From NCBI GenBank assembly GCA_964635565.1, contig CAZWON010000001.1, positions 7,020 to 71,019 of the forward strand: 64,000 nucleotides of DNA, read 5' to 3'. Below the pieces are notes generated by a model, which saw only the letters and a program-made list of their open reading frames with translations, was not told the origin of the DNA and did not search any database. Each line of letters opens with the position of its first letter. Position 1 is the first letter of the stretch. This document shows positions 27,689 to 38,450 of the stretch, one piece after another. Source of the stretch: an uncultured Planctomycetia bacterium. Its GTDB lineage: Bacteria; Omnitrophota; Gorgyraeia; Duberdicusellales; 4484-171. The position numbers were made by a program, and so were the translations under genes.

Positions 27689-29761
27689 ATGGAAAGAAAT
27701 AATATTCGCTATATCAAAGGCATTGGCCCTAAAAGAGAGAAGATTTTTAATCGATTGGGTATTTATACCATAAGGGATCTTCTCTATTATTTCCCTTTAC
27801 GTTATGAAGATAGGCGCAACATAAAGAAGATAAATCAATTAAAGGAAGATGAAGTTTCTTTAGTAGAAGCTAAAGTATTAGCCAGAAATTTAAAGCCTTT
27901 TAAATTTAGGCCTCATTGGCAAAGAAGAGTTAAAGATAATATTTTTGAGATAGCAGTGGAAGATGATAGTGGGATTCTTATGTGTGTATGGTTTAACCAG
28001 GGATATTTAAAAGATTATATAAAAGTAGGGGATAGAGTTATTATTTACGGGAAAGTAAAAAGATATAAAGGGAAGTTACAGATGGTTTCTCCTGAGTTTG
28101 AACTTTTAGACGAAAAAGACTCTTCTCTAAATATAGGAAGAATCGTGGGTTTCTACCGTCTTAAAGAAGGATTGACTCAGAAAAATATAAGAAAGGTAAT
28201 ATATTTCTGTTTAGATAATTTTGGGAATAAGGTGAGTGACCCTTTACCTTATTATATTAGAAAAAAGAATAATTTATCTAATATTTATCATAGTTTAAAA
28301 AATATTCATTTTCCTGATTCCTTAAATGAAGCTCTGTTTGCACGCCGACGTTTTATATTTGAAGAATTATTTTTCTCTCAAATTTTAGTATATTTACGGA
28401 AAGCTTCCTACCGTGTAAAAAAAAGTATTTCTTTAATTTGTTCTCCTAAATTTATTTCCCAATTAAAGAATAGTCTGCCATTTTCTCTTACTTCTTCTCA
28501 GGAGAAAGCAATAGAAGAGATTATAAATGATTTAGCCAAGCCTTACCCTATGCACCGTTTACTTCAAGGAGATGTAGGAAGTGGTAAGACTGTTGTAGCT
28601 TGTTTTGCGCTAGCAGTAGCGGTTAAGTGTGGATGCCAAGTGGCATTTATGGTTCCTACAGAAGTTCTTGCTTACCAGCATCTTATGACATTTAAAAAAT
28701 TATTTAAGGGATTTGGTTTCCGTATAGAGGTTTTAACTTCAAGCTTAACCCAGAAGAGTAAAAAGAAGATTAGCTATGATTTGAAAAATGCAAAGATAGA
28801 TATTATCTTAGGAACACATTCCCTTATAGAAGAATCTATTAGTTTTAAGAAGTTGGGGCTTGTGGTTATTGATGAACAACATAAATTTGGGGTTGCTCAG
28901 CGTGCTCTTTTGTCAAAAAAAGCAAGAGGTTATTTTCCTCATTGTTTAGTTATGAGTGCTACACCTATTCCCCGAAGTTTAGCACTTTCATTGTATGGTG
29001 ACCTTGATTTTTCTGTAATTCAAGAATTACCTCCTCATCGGAAACAGCCCAAGACTATATGGATAGAGGAGGATAAAAGGAGATGGGTTTATGATTTTTT
29101 AAGGGATAAGCTTAAAGAAAACCGCCAGGTTTATATTATTTATCCTGTAATTGACGAGAGTAACGATAGTGAATTAAAATCACTTACTCAGATGTATAGG
29201 ATAGTGAAAAGAGAGTTTAAGGATTTTAGAGTAGATGTTTTTCATGGAAGAATGAAATCGGGAGAGAAAGAAAGAATTATTAAAGAATTTAGAGATAATA
29301 CAATAGATATTCTTATTGCTACTACTGTAATTGAAGTAGGTATTGATATTGAAAATGCTACTGTAATGGTAGTAGAGAATCCGGAAAGGTTTGGATTGTC
29401 TCAACTGCATCAGTTACGGGGAAGGATCCGCCGTTCTATCTACCAGCCTTATTTTATTCTTATCAGTAGCTCTAAGATAAGTGATAATGCACGTAGAAGA
29501 TTAGAAGTTATCAGTAAAGTAAGTGATGGTTTTAAGGTTGCTGAGGAGGATCTTAAATTAAGAGGCCCAGGTGATTTCTTTGGCCATCTTCAATCGGGTT
29601 TTCCTCAGTTAAAGATAGCTAATCCTTTAGAGGATCTTGCTATTTTGAAAAGAGTAAGGAAATGTGCTTATGAAGTAATAAAAAAGGATCCTTTGTTAAA
29701 AGAGTCTTTCCATCGGTGCATAAAAGAACATATTGGTTTCTGGCGGGGAGGGTTTAAATAA
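27689..29761 (+). CDS. recG: ATP-dependent DNA helicase RecG
   Basis: Wedge/OB N-terminus, Walker A GDVGSGKT, DEQH box. Confidence 0.9.
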   Translation: MERNNIRYIKGIGPKREKIFNRLGIYTIRDLLYYFPLRYEDRRNIKKINQLKEDEVSLVEAKVLARNLKPFKFRPHWQRRVKDNIFEIAVEDDSGILMCVWFNQGYLKDYIKVGDRVIIYGKVKRYKGKLQMVSPEFELLDEKDSSLNIGRIVGFYRLKEGLTQKNIRKVIYFCLDNFGNKVSDPLPYYIRKKNNLSNIYHSLKNIHFPDSLNEALFARRRFIFEELFFSQILVYLRKASYRVKKSISLICSPKFISQLKNSLPFSLTSSQEKAIEEIINDLAKPYPMHRLLQGDVGSGKTVVACFALAVAVKCGCQVAFMVPTEVLAYQHLMTFKKLFKGFGFRIEVLTSSLTQKSKKKISYDLKNAKIDIILGTHSLIEESISFKKLGLVVIDEQHKFGVAQRALLSKKARGYFPHCLVMSATPIPRSLALSLYGDLDFSVIQELPPHRKQPKTIWIEEDKRRWVYDFLRDKLKENRQVYIIYPVIDESNDSELKSLTQMYRIVKREFKDFRVDVFHGRMKSGEKERIIKEFRDNTIDILIATTVIEVGIDIENATVMVVENPERFGLSQLHQLRGRIRRSIYQPYFILISSSKISDNARRRLEVISKVSDGFKVAEEDLKLRGPGDFFGHLQSGFPQLKIANPLEDLAILKRVRKCAYEVIKKDPLLKESFHRCIKEHIGFWRGGFK

Positions 29762-29811
29762 AACTGAAGAATAATTAAAAAACTATATACCATCCTATTA
29801 GCTAAAGAAAG

Positions 29812-30354
29812 ATGCGTATTATTGGAGGAAAATTTAAAGGGGCACCTCTAAAGGCTTTTAGAAATATTAAACCTGCCTCTTTTAGAGTAAGGAAGGGGAT
29901 TTTTGATATTATAAGAGAGATTATAAAAAATAGTGTAGTATTAGATCTCTTTGGTGGTAGTGGGGCCTTAGGAATTGAAGCTTTCTCTTGGGGAGCAAAG
30001 TTTGTAGTGTTTGTGGATATTCATAGAGGATGTACTAAAATCATAAAGGACAATGTTTCTCGTCTTAAGCTTTCCTCTTCTAGTAAAATTATCCTCAAGG
30101 ATAGTTTCAAAGCAATAAAGGATTTCAGTAGCAAAAATTTGTTATTCGATATTATTTTCGTTGACCCCCCTTATTATAAGGGTTTAGCCAAAAAAGCCTT
30201 GCAAACACTGGATGAATATGATATATTAGCTCCTTCTGGGTATATTATTGTTTTATGCTACCGCGAAGATGCACCAGGAGATTGTTACCAGAGTTTTAAG
30301 GTTGTTACTGTTAGAAATTACGGCCAGAGCAGATTGTTTGTTTATAGAAAGTAG
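29812..30354 (+). CDS. rsmD: 16S rRNA (guanine966-N2)-methyltransferase
   Basis: DLFGGSGALGIEA and VDPPY motifs. Confidence 0.85.
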   Translation: MRIIGGKFKGAPLKAFRNIKPASFRVRKGIFDIIREIIKNSVVLDLFGGSGALGIEAFSWGAKFVVFVDIHRGCTKIIKDNVSRLKLSSSSKIILKDSFKAIKDFSSKNLLFDIIFVDPPYYKGLAKKALQTLDEYDILAPSGYIIVLCYREDAPGDCYQSFKVVTVRNYGQSRLFVYRK

Positions 30355-30362
30355 TCTTTCCC

Positions 30363-30857
30363 ATGAAAAAAGCAATCTATCCCGGGACATTTGACCCTAT
30401 CACTTTTGGCCATATAGATATTATAAAACGAGCGGCATTTATTTTTGATGAAGTAATTATTGCGGTGGTAAAAAAGCCTTCAAAGAATATTGTTTTTTCA
30501 TATAAGGAAAGGTTTAATTTGGTTAAGGAAGCAGTAAGAGATATTCCCAATGTTAAAGTTGAGGGTTTTGATGGTTTAGTGGTAGCTTTTGCTAAGAAGA
30601 AGAGAATAAATGTTATTGTGAGGGGTTTAAGGATGATTTCTGACTTTGAATATGAGTTCCAGATGGCTTTAACCAACAGAAATTTATCTCCTCGAATAGA
30701 GACTATTTTTCTAATGCCCCATCCTAATTACTCTTATCTTTCTTCCCGGTTAGTCAAAGAGATAGTTTATTTAGGAGGTAATCTAAAAGATTTTCTACCC
30801 TCTGAGTGCATAGAGGCTTTAAAGAAAAAGTTAAAAAGAAAAAATAAGTTTTTTTAG
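30363..30857 (+). CDS. coaD: Phosphopantetheine adenylyltransferase
   Basis: AIYPGTFDPITFGHIDII. Confidence 0.9.
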   Translation: MKKAIYPGTFDPITFGHIDIIKRAAFIFDEVIIAVVKKPSKNIVFSYKERFNLVKEAVRDIPNVKVEGFDGLVVAFAKKKRINVIVRGLRMISDFEYEFQMALTNRNLSPRIETIFLMPHPNYSYLSSRLVKEIVYLGGNLKDFLPSECIEALKKKLKRKNKFF

Positions 30858-30879
30858 AGACGATAAAAAATATGCATAT

Positions 30880-31290
30880 ATGCGTATAGAAGTAGAGAGA
30901 ATAAAAAGTAGTCCTTTAGAGATAAGCGAAGATATTAAGGCAGAAAGGTGGGATTTAGATAGCTTTGATGTAAAGTTTGTGGGGAATATCCATCTTAATT
31001 GTAAGTTCATAAAAGCAGGTAGAGAGATTTTTGTTGAATGTAATATTGCTACAGAACGCAATATTATCTGTTCTCGGTGTTTAAGTTGGGCTCATCAAGT
31101 GTGTAGGCAAGATTTTAAGCGCAGTTATTCTTTGTCATTAATAGATAGTTACTTAGATATTGATGAAGATATAAGAGAAGAAATTCTTCTTAATTTCCCT
31201 ATGAAGGTATTATGTAGCCCTGATTGTAAAGGGATATGTTCTGGTTGTGGAGTAAATCTTAACATTGAAAAATGCAGGTGTAAGAAGTAA
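30880..31290 (+). CDS. yceD: YceD/DUF177 family protein (23S rRNA accumulation protein)
   Basis: Conserved position upstream of rpmF-plsX. C-terminal CSPDCKGICSGCGVNLN Cys cluster. Confidence 0.75.
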   Translation: MRIEVERIKSSPLEISEDIKAERWDLDSFDVKFVGNIHLNCKFIKAGREIFVECNIATERNIICSRCLSWAHQVCRQDFKRSYSLSLIDSYLDIDEDIREEILLNFPMKVLCSPDCKGICSGCGVNLNIEKCRCKK

Positions 31291-31420
31291 AGAGTTTGCG
31301 TCAGTATTGATTAATTTATAATGTAGCAATTGATGAAGAAGAAGATGCTTATGATTTTTAAAATAGTAATACAAGAAAGAGAATTTTTTGTGTTAAAGAG
31401 AATTAAAGGAGGTTATTTAT

Positions 31421-31621
31421 ATGGCACATCCTAAAAGAAAACAATCGCATTCCCGGACACGTAAACGGCGTACCCACTATAGACTTTCTATACCTCAGTT
31501 AGTAAGATGTTCAGAATGCAGAAGACTTAAACCTGCTCATATGGTTTGTCCTTTTTGTGGATATTACAAAGGCAAAGAAGTAGTGGTTATAGAGTATAAA
31601 GAAAAAAAGAAGAAGACCTGA
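31421..31621 (+). CDS. rpmF: 50S ribosomal protein L32
   Basis: MAHPKRKQSHSRTRKRRTHY; zinc-ribbon Cys pairs; GGAGG RBS. Confidence 0.92.
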   Translation: MAHPKRKQSHSRTRKRRTHYRLSIPQLVRCSECRRLKPAHMVCPFCGYYKGKEVVVIEYKEKKKKT

Positions 31622-32667
31622 TGATTGAGGTTAATAAAAGATATAAGATAGGGATAGATATTTCAGGAGGAGATTTTGCTCCTTCAGAGATATTTAAAGG
31701 AGTGGTATTAGCCAAAAAAGAGTTCTGTTTAGATATAGTTTTGATAGGTTCTCAAGGAGAAATAATAAAAGAGGCAGAAAAAGAGAAGGTAGATTTAAGT
31801 AACTTTGAAATTGTTGATGCGCCTGAGAAGATTGGTATGAATGATGAAGGAGCAATGTCAGTAAGGAGAAAAAAGCAATCATCGATTGTTATTGGAGCAA
31901 AACTCTTAAAAGAGAGAAAAATAGATGCTTTTGTTTCCTGTGGTAATACTGGTGCAGTAGTTAGTGCAGCAAGTATAATGGTAGGGCTTATTGAAGGTGT
32001 AGAACGACCCGGTATTGCTGTTCTTCTTCCTAATTTTAAAGGAGTCTCTTTAGTTATTGATGTAGGGGCTAATATTAATCCTAAGCCATTACACCTTCTT
32101 CAATATGGGATTATGGCTACTTTATATTATGAGGTAGTATTTAATAAGCATAGTCCTACGGTTGGTCTTCTGAATATTGGAGAAGAAGAGAGTAAAGGTT
32201 CAGAATTTATAAAGATTGCCCATAGACTCTTCTCATCTTCATCTTTAAATTTTATAGGAAATGTGGAAGCGAAAGAAGTTTTTTCAGGCACCTGCGATTG
32301 TATAGTATGCGATGGTTTAGTAGGTAATATTGCTTTAAAAGTTTCTGAAGGTGTGGCAGAAATGACAGCAAAATTTTTGATTGATGCTATAAAAAAAGAT
32401 TTTTTAGGAAAATTAGGTATTCTTTTTATAAAAAAGAGTCTTAACAAGCTTAGAAGGTTTACTGATTATGCTGAGTATGGGGGAGCACCTCTTTTAGGGG
32501 TTAATGGGGTTGTAATTATTGGCCATGGCCGTTCCTCGCGCTATGCAGTTAAGAACGCTATTAAAGTTGCTACTCAGGAGTTAAACCGTCAATTAATTGA
32601 TACTATAAGAGATAAGTTAAATGAGATATGCCAGGATAATAGGGTTAGGCAAGTACTTACCTCCTAA
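31621..32667 (+). CDS. plsX: Phosphate acyltransferase
   Basis: PlsX family, position rpmF-plsX-fabH. Confidence 0.88.
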   Translation: MIEVNKRYKIGIDISGGDFAPSEIFKGVVLAKKEFCLDIVLIGSQGEIIKEAEKEKVDLSNFEIVDAPEKIGMNDEGAMSVRRKKQSSIVIGAKLLKERKIDAFVSCGNTGAVVSAASIMVGLIEGVERPGIAVLLPNFKGVSLVIDVGANINPKPLHLLQYGIMATLYYEVVFNKHSPTVGLLNIGEEESKGSEFIKIAHRLFSSSSLNFIGNVEAKEVFSGTCDCIVCDGLVGNIALKVSEGVAEMTAKFLIDAIKKDFLGKLGILFIKKSLNKLRRFTDYAEYGGAPLLGVNGVVIIGHGRSSRYAVKNAIKVATQELNRQLIDTIRDKLNEICQDNRVRQVLTS

Positions 32668-33601
32668 GGTATTAACAAATCAAGACTTAGAGAAAATTGT
32701 TGATACTTCTGATGAGTGGATTACTACGCGCACAGGAATAAAAACACGCCATATCGCTCAAGATAAAGAGAGTACTTCTGCAATAGCGTTGCCCGCAGCA
32801 AGATTGGCTTTAAAACGTGCTCAATTATCAGCAAAAGATTTAGATGCAATTATTGTTGCTACTATAACTCCTGATAATCAATTCCCCTCTACTGCCTGTT
32901 ACTTACAACACTATTTGAAAGCAGAAAAGGCTGCTTCTCTTGATATTGCTGCGGCATGTGCTGGCTTTATTTATGCATTGGTATATGCTCAAGGCTTGAT
33001 AGAAAGCGGCATCGCTAACAATATTTTAGTTGTGGGAGCAGAAACCCTTTCAAAACTTACCGATTGGGAAGATCGTTCTACGTGTGTTCTTTTTGGTGAT
33101 GGAGCAGGAGCAGCAGTGTTATCTTCGGGAAGAAAAAAGAGTTTCCTTGCCTCTTCATTAGGAGCAGATGGTTCTTATGGAGAGTTACTTATTCTTCCTG
33201 CAGGTGGCTCCCGTCTACCTACTTCTAAAAAGACTGTAAAAGAAAAGATGCATTTCATTAAGATGAAGGGAAATGAGCTTTTTCGTCTGGCAGTAAGAAT
33301 TATGGTTGATGCTGCCAAGGATGCTTTAAAAAAAGCAAATTTAGATAGTACCAAGATTAAACTGTTAGTCCCTCATCAGGCAAATATTCGTATAATTAAT
33401 GCAGTTGCTACAAGGCTTAAACTTCCTTCTCATATGGTGTATTTGAATATTCAAAGATATGGGAATATGTCCTCTGCTTCAACTGCAATTGCTTTATGTG
33501 AGGCGTATGAGGAGGAACTCATTAAAAAGGGGGATATTGTGGTTCTCGATGCTTTTGGTGGAGGACTTGTATGGGGAGCATTAGTTATAGAGTGGGTTTA
33601 A
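32621..33601 (+). CDS. fabH: 3-oxoacyl-ACP synthase III
   Basis: N-terminus IIGLGKYLPPKVLTNQDLEKIVDTSDEWI; active-site Cys in AACAGF. Overlaps plsX by 47 nt. Confidence 0.9.
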   Translation: MRYARIIGLGKYLPPKVLTNQDLEKIVDTSDEWITTRTGIKTRHIAQDKESTSAIALPAARLALKRAQLSAKDLDAIIVATITPDNQFPSTACYLQHYLKAEKAASLDIAAACAGFIYALVYAQGLIESGIANNILVVGAETLSKLTDWEDRSTCVLFGDGAGAAVLSSGRKKSFLASSLGADGSYGELLILPAGGSRLPTSKKTVKEKMHFIKMKGNELFRLAVRIMVDAAKDALKKANLDSTKIKLLVPHQANIRIINAVATRLKLPSHMVYLNIQRYGNMSSASTAIALCEAYEEELIKKGDIVVLDAFGGGLVWGALVIEWV

Positions 33602-33700
33602 TCAAATAGCGATTAGCAGATATTAAGTCTAGTATTCTCGCATCAAAGAAAATGTAATCTAAGAACAAAAATTAAGAGAGTATTTATTGATTATTTATTT

Positions 33701-34600
33701 TTGATTATGAATGCTGTTATTTTTCCTGGTCAAGGCGCACAATATCCCGGAATGGGAAAAGATTTTTATGATAATTTTACCTCTGCTCAGAATATTTTTT
33801 CCCATATAGATGAAATTGTAGGATTCCCTCTAAAGGAAAAGTGTTTTTATGGTACAAAAGAAGAATTAGAAGATACATTTTTTCAGCAACTGGCTATTTT
33901 AGCGACAAATTTAGCTATCTTTGAAGTTTTTAAAGAGAAAAAAATAAAAATAGATTATTTTTCCGGTTTAAGTTTGGGAGAATATAGTTGTCTTTATCCT
34001 GCAGGTGTGTTATCTCTTAAGGATTTAGTAGTTTTAATTAAAGAGCGTGCTTTAGCAATGCAAGAAGCAGCAAAAATAAACCCTTCGTGTATGTTTGCGG
34101 TGTTAGGGGTAGAAGAAGAAATGTTGAGAAATAATGAGGGAGAAGGATTTTATATTGCTAATATTAATTCTCCTTCTCAAATAGTTATATCGTTAGCTAA
34201 AAAAAATAGACAACGTATTAAAGATGCTCTGGAGAAAATAGGGCTAAAGGTAATAGAACTTTCTGTTAGCGGTGGGTTTCATTCTCCTTTTATGGAGCCT
34301 GCTAAAGAGAGACTTAAGAAGGTAATGGATAGTTTAGAATTTTCAAATGCTCATACACCTATAATAAGTAATTTTACTGCCAAAGGTCATACGGATAAAG
34401 AGGAGATAAAGTCTAATCTTATAAATCAGCTTACCCATTCTGTTCTATGGAGAAAATGCGTAGATTATATGGTAGAAGCAGGGGTAGATACTTTTTTTGA
34501 AGTAGGACCGTCTCGCATATTAAGGGGACTTATACGTAAAATTAATCCTGCCATTAAAGTAATTAATATAGAGAAAAAAGACGATTGGGATAGTCTTTAA
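33701..34600 (+). CDS. fabD: Malonyl CoA-ACP transacylase
   Basis: IFPGQGAQYPGMG, GLSLGEYS active site. Confidence 0.9.
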   Translation: MIMNAVIFPGQGAQYPGMGKDFYDNFTSAQNIFSHIDEIVGFPLKEKCFYGTKEELEDTFFQQLAILATNLAIFEVFKEKKIKIDYFSGLSLGEYSCLYPAGVLSLKDLVVLIKERALAMQEAAKINPSCMFAVLGVEEEMLRNNEGEGFYIANINSPSQIVISLAKKNRQRIKDALEKIGLKVIELSVSGGFHSPFMEPAKERLKKVMDSLEFSNAHTPIISNFTAKGHTDKEEIKSNLINQLTHSVLWRKCVDYMVEAGVDTFFEVGPSRILRGLIRKINPAIKVINIEKKDDWDSL

Positions 34601-34657
34601 AGAGATATGTCTGTACATATGAATCTGCTTGTTATATTTACTTAGAAGGAGGGAGAT

Positions 34658-35392
34658 ATGCGTTTTAAAGATAAAATAGTTATAGTGACAGGAGCAGCAC
34701 AAGGGATAGGCAAAGAAATAGCTTTACAGTTCTGTAGAGAAAAAGCGAAAGTAGTTCTTTTTGATATAAAGAAAGATATTCTTGAGGAAACTGAGAAAGA
34801 ATTAGGAAGGTATTCTGAAGTTATGGGATTGATTGTTAATGTAGTAAATTTCGAAGAAGTGGGAAAAAATATCAACAAAGTTATTGACAAGTTTTCTAGA
34901 GTTGATATATTAGTTAACAATGCGGGGATAACCAAAGACAATTTGGTCTTACGGCTCTCTGAAAATGAGTGGGATAGTGTTTTAGCAGTTAACCTCAAAG
35001 GAGCTTTTAATTGCATAAAGGCAACAGCAAGATTTATGGTAAAACAGCGATATGGAAGAATTATTAATATTTCCTCTATTATTGGAATAGTAGGTAATGC
35101 TGGCCAAATTAATTATGCTGCTTCTAAAGCTGCCATTATTGGTATTACCAAAACCTTAGCGAAAGAGTTAGGTTCCCGAAATATCACTGTTAATGCAATT
35201 GCTCCTGGTTATATTGAGACTCCTATGACCGAGAAATTAGATAAGAAGGTTAAGGAGGAAATGCTTTCACGTATTCCTTTAGGGAGATTTGGGAGGCCTT
35301 CTGATGTGGCAAAAGCAGTTTTATTTTTAGCATCAAATGATGGTGATTACATAAATGGCCAGGTAATTGTTGTAGATGGAGGGCTTATTTAA
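34658..35392 (+). CDS. fabG: 3-oxoacyl-ACP reductase
   Basis: SDR motifs TGAAQGIG, NNAG, YAASKAA. Confidence 0.9.
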   Translation: MRFKDKIVIVTGAAQGIGKEIALQFCREKAKVVLFDIKKDILEETEKELGRYSEVMGLIVNVVNFEEVGKNINKVIDKFSRVDILVNNAGITKDNLVLRLSENEWDSVLAVNLKGAFNCIKATARFMVKQRYGRIINISSIIGIVGNAGQINYAASKAAIIGITKTLAKELGSRNITVNAIAPGYIETPMTEKLDKKVKEEMLSRIPLGRFGRPSDVAKAVLFLASNDGDYINGQVIVVDGGLI

Positions 35393-35453
35393 TGTGAGGA
35401 AAGAGGAGAAACATTAGATGTAGAGAGATTGAATTGGGAAAAAGGAGGTAAGA

Positions 35454-35699
35454 ATGGGAATCGAAGAGAAAGTAAAAGACATAATTGCTGAACAGTTAGG
35501 CGTAAAAAAAGAAGAAATTAAACCGGAAAGCTCCTTTATTGATGATTTAGGAGCCGATTCTTTAGATACAGTAGAATTAGTTATGGCGCTGGAAGAAGAG
35601 TTTGGTATTGAGATTCCTGATGAGGATGCGGAAAAAATGACTACAGTAGGGGATGCTCTTAAATATATAGAAGATAAAGTTAAGAATAAATCTTCCTAA
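35454..35699 (+). CDS. acpP: Acyl carrier protein
   Basis: [21 protein letters not shown]. Confidence 0.92.
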   Translation: MGIEEKVKDIIAEQLGVKKEEIKPESSFIDDLGADSLDTVELVMALEEEFGIEIPDEDAEKMTTVGDALKYIEDKVKNKSS

Positions 35700-35710
35700 G
35701 CTCTTTTACA

Positions 35711-36943
35711 ATGAGAAAAGTAGTTGTTACAGGATATGGTGTTGTCTCTCCTGTAGGCGTGAGAGTGGATTCTTTTTGGAATGCTCTTATTCGTGGTGAG
35801 AGTGGTATTGATTTGATTACCCATTTTGATGCCTGTGGTTTTGATTCACAAATTGCAGGAGAAGTAAAGAATTTTGATCCTTCCTCTTTTCTTTCCTCCA
35901 AAGAAATTAAAAGAAGTGCCCGTTTTGTCCAATTTGCTCTCTGTGCTGCTTATGAAGCATTTAAAGAGAGTCATTTAGATGTAAATAATTTTGATCCTTT
36001 TCGCATAGGAGTAATTATTGGCTCGGGTATTGGTAGTCTGGAGATAATAGAAGAAGAACATAAGATATTATTGAGTAAAGGGCCAAAGAAAATATCTCCT
36101 TTTCTTATTCCTATGCTTATCACTAATGAGGCAGCAGGAGTAGTAGCAATTACTTTTGGATTGAAGGGTATTAATTTTTGTACTGTTACTGCTTGTGCTT
36201 CAGGGGCACATGCTATAGGGGAAGCTTATAGGGTGATTCAACAGGATAATGCTGATATTATGATTTGCGGAGGCACAGAAGCTTCCATAACTCCTATGGG
36301 CGTAGGAGGTTTTTGTGCACTTAAAGCTCTTTCCACAAGAAATAGTGAACCTCAGCGTGCTTCAAGGCCTTTTGATAAAGATAGAGATGGCTTTATTATA
36401 GCTGAAGGAGCAGGTATTGTTGTCTTAGAAGAGCTTGAGCATGCAAAAAAAAGGGGAGCAAACATTTGTTGTGAGATCTCTGGTTATGGAGCAACTTGTG
36501 ATGCTTATCATATAACTGCTCCTGATCCTGAAGGTAAAGCTCCTGCTAAGGCGATGGAATTAGCATTGAAAGAAGCAGGAGTTAAAGAAGAGAAGATTTA
36601 TGTGAATGCACACGGAACTTCCACACCGTTAAATGATAAAATGGAAACAATAGCTATGAAAAAGGCATTTGGGAATTATATAGATAATGTTGTTGTAAGT
36701 TCTACTAAGTCAATGATGGGTCATACCTTAGGTGCTGCAGGAGCTATAGAATTTGTTGTTACATGTTTAGCACTTAAGAACAAAATTATTCCTCCGACAG
36801 TAAATTTGGATAATCCTGACCCAGAGTGTGATTTAGATTATACCCCCCATAAAGCACGAGAATTAGATGTTAAGATAGGAATGTCTAATTCTTTGGGATT
36901 TGGTGGACATAATGCTAGTTTGGTAATAAAGGAACTTAAGTAG
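35711..36943 (+). CDS. fabF: 3-oxoacyl-ACP synthase II
   Basis: KAS II; Cys (TACASG), His-His active site. Confidence 0.9.
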   Translation: MRKVVVTGYGVVSPVGVRVDSFWNALIRGESGIDLITHFDACGFDSQIAGEVKNFDPSSFLSSKEIKRSARFVQFALCAAYEAFKESHLDVNNFDPFRIGVIIGSGIGSLEIIEEEHKILLSKGPKKISPFLIPMLITNEAAGVVAITFGLKGINFCTVTACASGAHAIGEAYRVIQQDNADIMICGGTEASITPMGVGGFCALKALSTRNSEPQRASRPFDKDRDGFIIAEGAGIVVLEELEHAKKRGANICCEISGYGATCDAYHITAPDPEGKAPAKAMELALKEAGVKEEKIYVNAHGTSTPLNDKMETIAMKKAFGNYIDNVVVSSTKSMMGHTLGAAGAIEFVVTCLALKNKIIPPTVNLDNPDPECDLDYTPHKARELDVKIGMSNSLGFGGHNASLVIKELK

Positions 36944-37095
36944 CTCTAATTAAATTTAGAGTCCAAAGCTTAATAGTTCTTATTTTTCTGTTGTTAGTCC
37001 ATAAAAATTTTATGATACCCATTGATTAAGCTTGCCTTTTTAAGAGAAGTGTAAGGTTAGAAAATAAAGGGGAATATCTAATTTAGAGAGATAGA

Positions 37096-38370
37096 GTGAT
37101 GGGGTTAACATTGATTGAAAAAATATTACTAAGAGCCTCAAGAAAGAAGCAGTTTACAGACTTTGTTTATGCGAAGGTTGATTTTTGTTTTGGGAATGAT
37201 ATTACTGCTCCTTTAGCAGTAAAACAATTTTATAATGCTCATTTTAAGAGAGTTTTTAACCCTCGAAAAGTTGCTTTTGTGTGCGACCATTTTGTTCCTG
37301 CACGGGACTTAAAAGCATCTAACAATGTAAAAATCTTAAGAGATTTTTCTCGTAAATTCGGTATTAAAAATTTTTTTGATATAAATAATTGTGGGATAGA
37401 ACATGTGTTTTTATTAGAAAAGGCATTCTTTAAGCCAGGAGATTTAATAGTAGGGGCAGATTCTCACACGTGTACTTTTGGGGCCATAGGTTGTGCAAGT
37501 TTCGGTGTAGGCTCTACGGACTTAGCGGGTGTAATGAGTGAAGGTAAGTGTTGGTTTAAAGTTCCTTCTACTATAAAATTTATTTATAAAGGGAAAATTC
37601 CTCCGTGGATTTATGGTAAGGATCTGATTTTGTATACTATAGGTAAAATTGGGGTAGATGGTGCTCTTTATAAAGTAATGGAATTTAGTGGGCCTGTAAT
37701 AAAACATCTTGATATGGAACAAAGATTAACCATTACTAATATGGCAATTGAGGCTGGAGCTAAGACAGCAATTATAGAGCCGGATGAGAAGACACTTAAA
37801 TATTTAGGAAGGTTTACAAAGAAGCGGTTAAAAATAGATGATATTAGAGATTTAAGGTCCGATAAGAGTGCGCAATACGATGATATTATAGAGATTGATG
37901 TAAGTAAGATAGAACCGCAAGTAGCTTGTCCTCATCTTCCCAGTAATACTAAACCAGTGAGCAAGTTGAAGAAAGTTGTTCTTAATCAAGTTGTAATTGG
38001 TTCCTGTACTAATGGACGAATTAGTGACTTACGCCAGGCTGCTTTTATTTTCCGGAGGAAAAAAGTGAAAAAGGGTTTACGGGTTATTATTATTCCTGCA
38101 ACCCCTTTTATCTTTAGGCAGGCAGAGAAAGAAGGATTAATCAGAATATTTTTAGAGGCGGGTTGTGTGATTTGTCCTCCTACTTGTGGGCCGTGTTTGG
38201 GTGGGCATTGTGGCATATTAGATGATAAGGAAATAGCCTTATCTACCACTAATAGAAATTTTATTGGAAGGATGGGTAGTCCTAAAAGTTTTGTGTATTT
38301 AAGTTCTCCTGTAGTTGCTGCAGCTAGTGCAATTACAGGCAGAATAACACATCCTCGTGAAATAAACTGA
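37096..38370 (+). CDS. leuC: 3-isopropylmalate dehydratase large subunit, short archaeal-type (LeuC / homoaconitase family)
   Basis: Aconitase-family motifs (GADSHTCT, CTNGR, CGPCLG); 424 aa. Confidence 0.85.
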   Translation: MMGLTLIEKILLRASRKKQFTDFVYAKVDFCFGNDITAPLAVKQFYNAHFKRVFNPRKVAFVCDHFVPARDLKASNNVKILRDFSRKFGIKNFFDINNCGIEHVFLLEKAFFKPGDLIVGADSHTCTFGAIGCASFGVGSTDLAGVMSEGKCWFKVPSTIKFIYKGKIPPWIYGKDLILYTIGKIGVDGALYKVMEFSGPVIKHLDMEQRLTITNMAIEAGAKTAIIEPDEKTLKYLGRFTKKRLKIDDIRDLRSDKSAQYDDIIEIDVSKIEPQVACPHLPSNTKPVSKLKKVVLNQVVIGSCTNGRISDLRQAAFIFRRKKVKKGLRVIIIPATPFIFRQAEKEGLIRIFLEAGCVICPPTCGPCLGGHCGILDDKEIALSTTNRNFIGRMGSPKSFVYLSSPVVAAASAITGRITHPREIN

Positions 38371-38450
38371 ATAGTAATAACGATTAAAAATTAGTTCATA
38401 GCTTTATTTTTAGTTTATAAATTCATATAAATAATATAAACTTAGTATAT

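Noticed and set aside
32621-32667. 47-nt overlap between plsX and fabH as a possible frameshift
   Set aside because: Both proteins are of normal length. The fabH N-terminus (MRYARIIGLGKYLP) aligns with canonical FabH starts, so a long but genuine overlap is more likely than an error.
36944-37095. T-box or leucine leader/attenuator upstream of leuC
   Set aside because: Only about 150 nt are available and no T-box core (AATTAGGGTGGNACCGCG-like) or Leu-codon-rich leader peptide was seen. The single 6-bp AT-rich hairpin right after fabF (ctctaattaaatttagag at 36944-36961) is too weak to call as a terminator.
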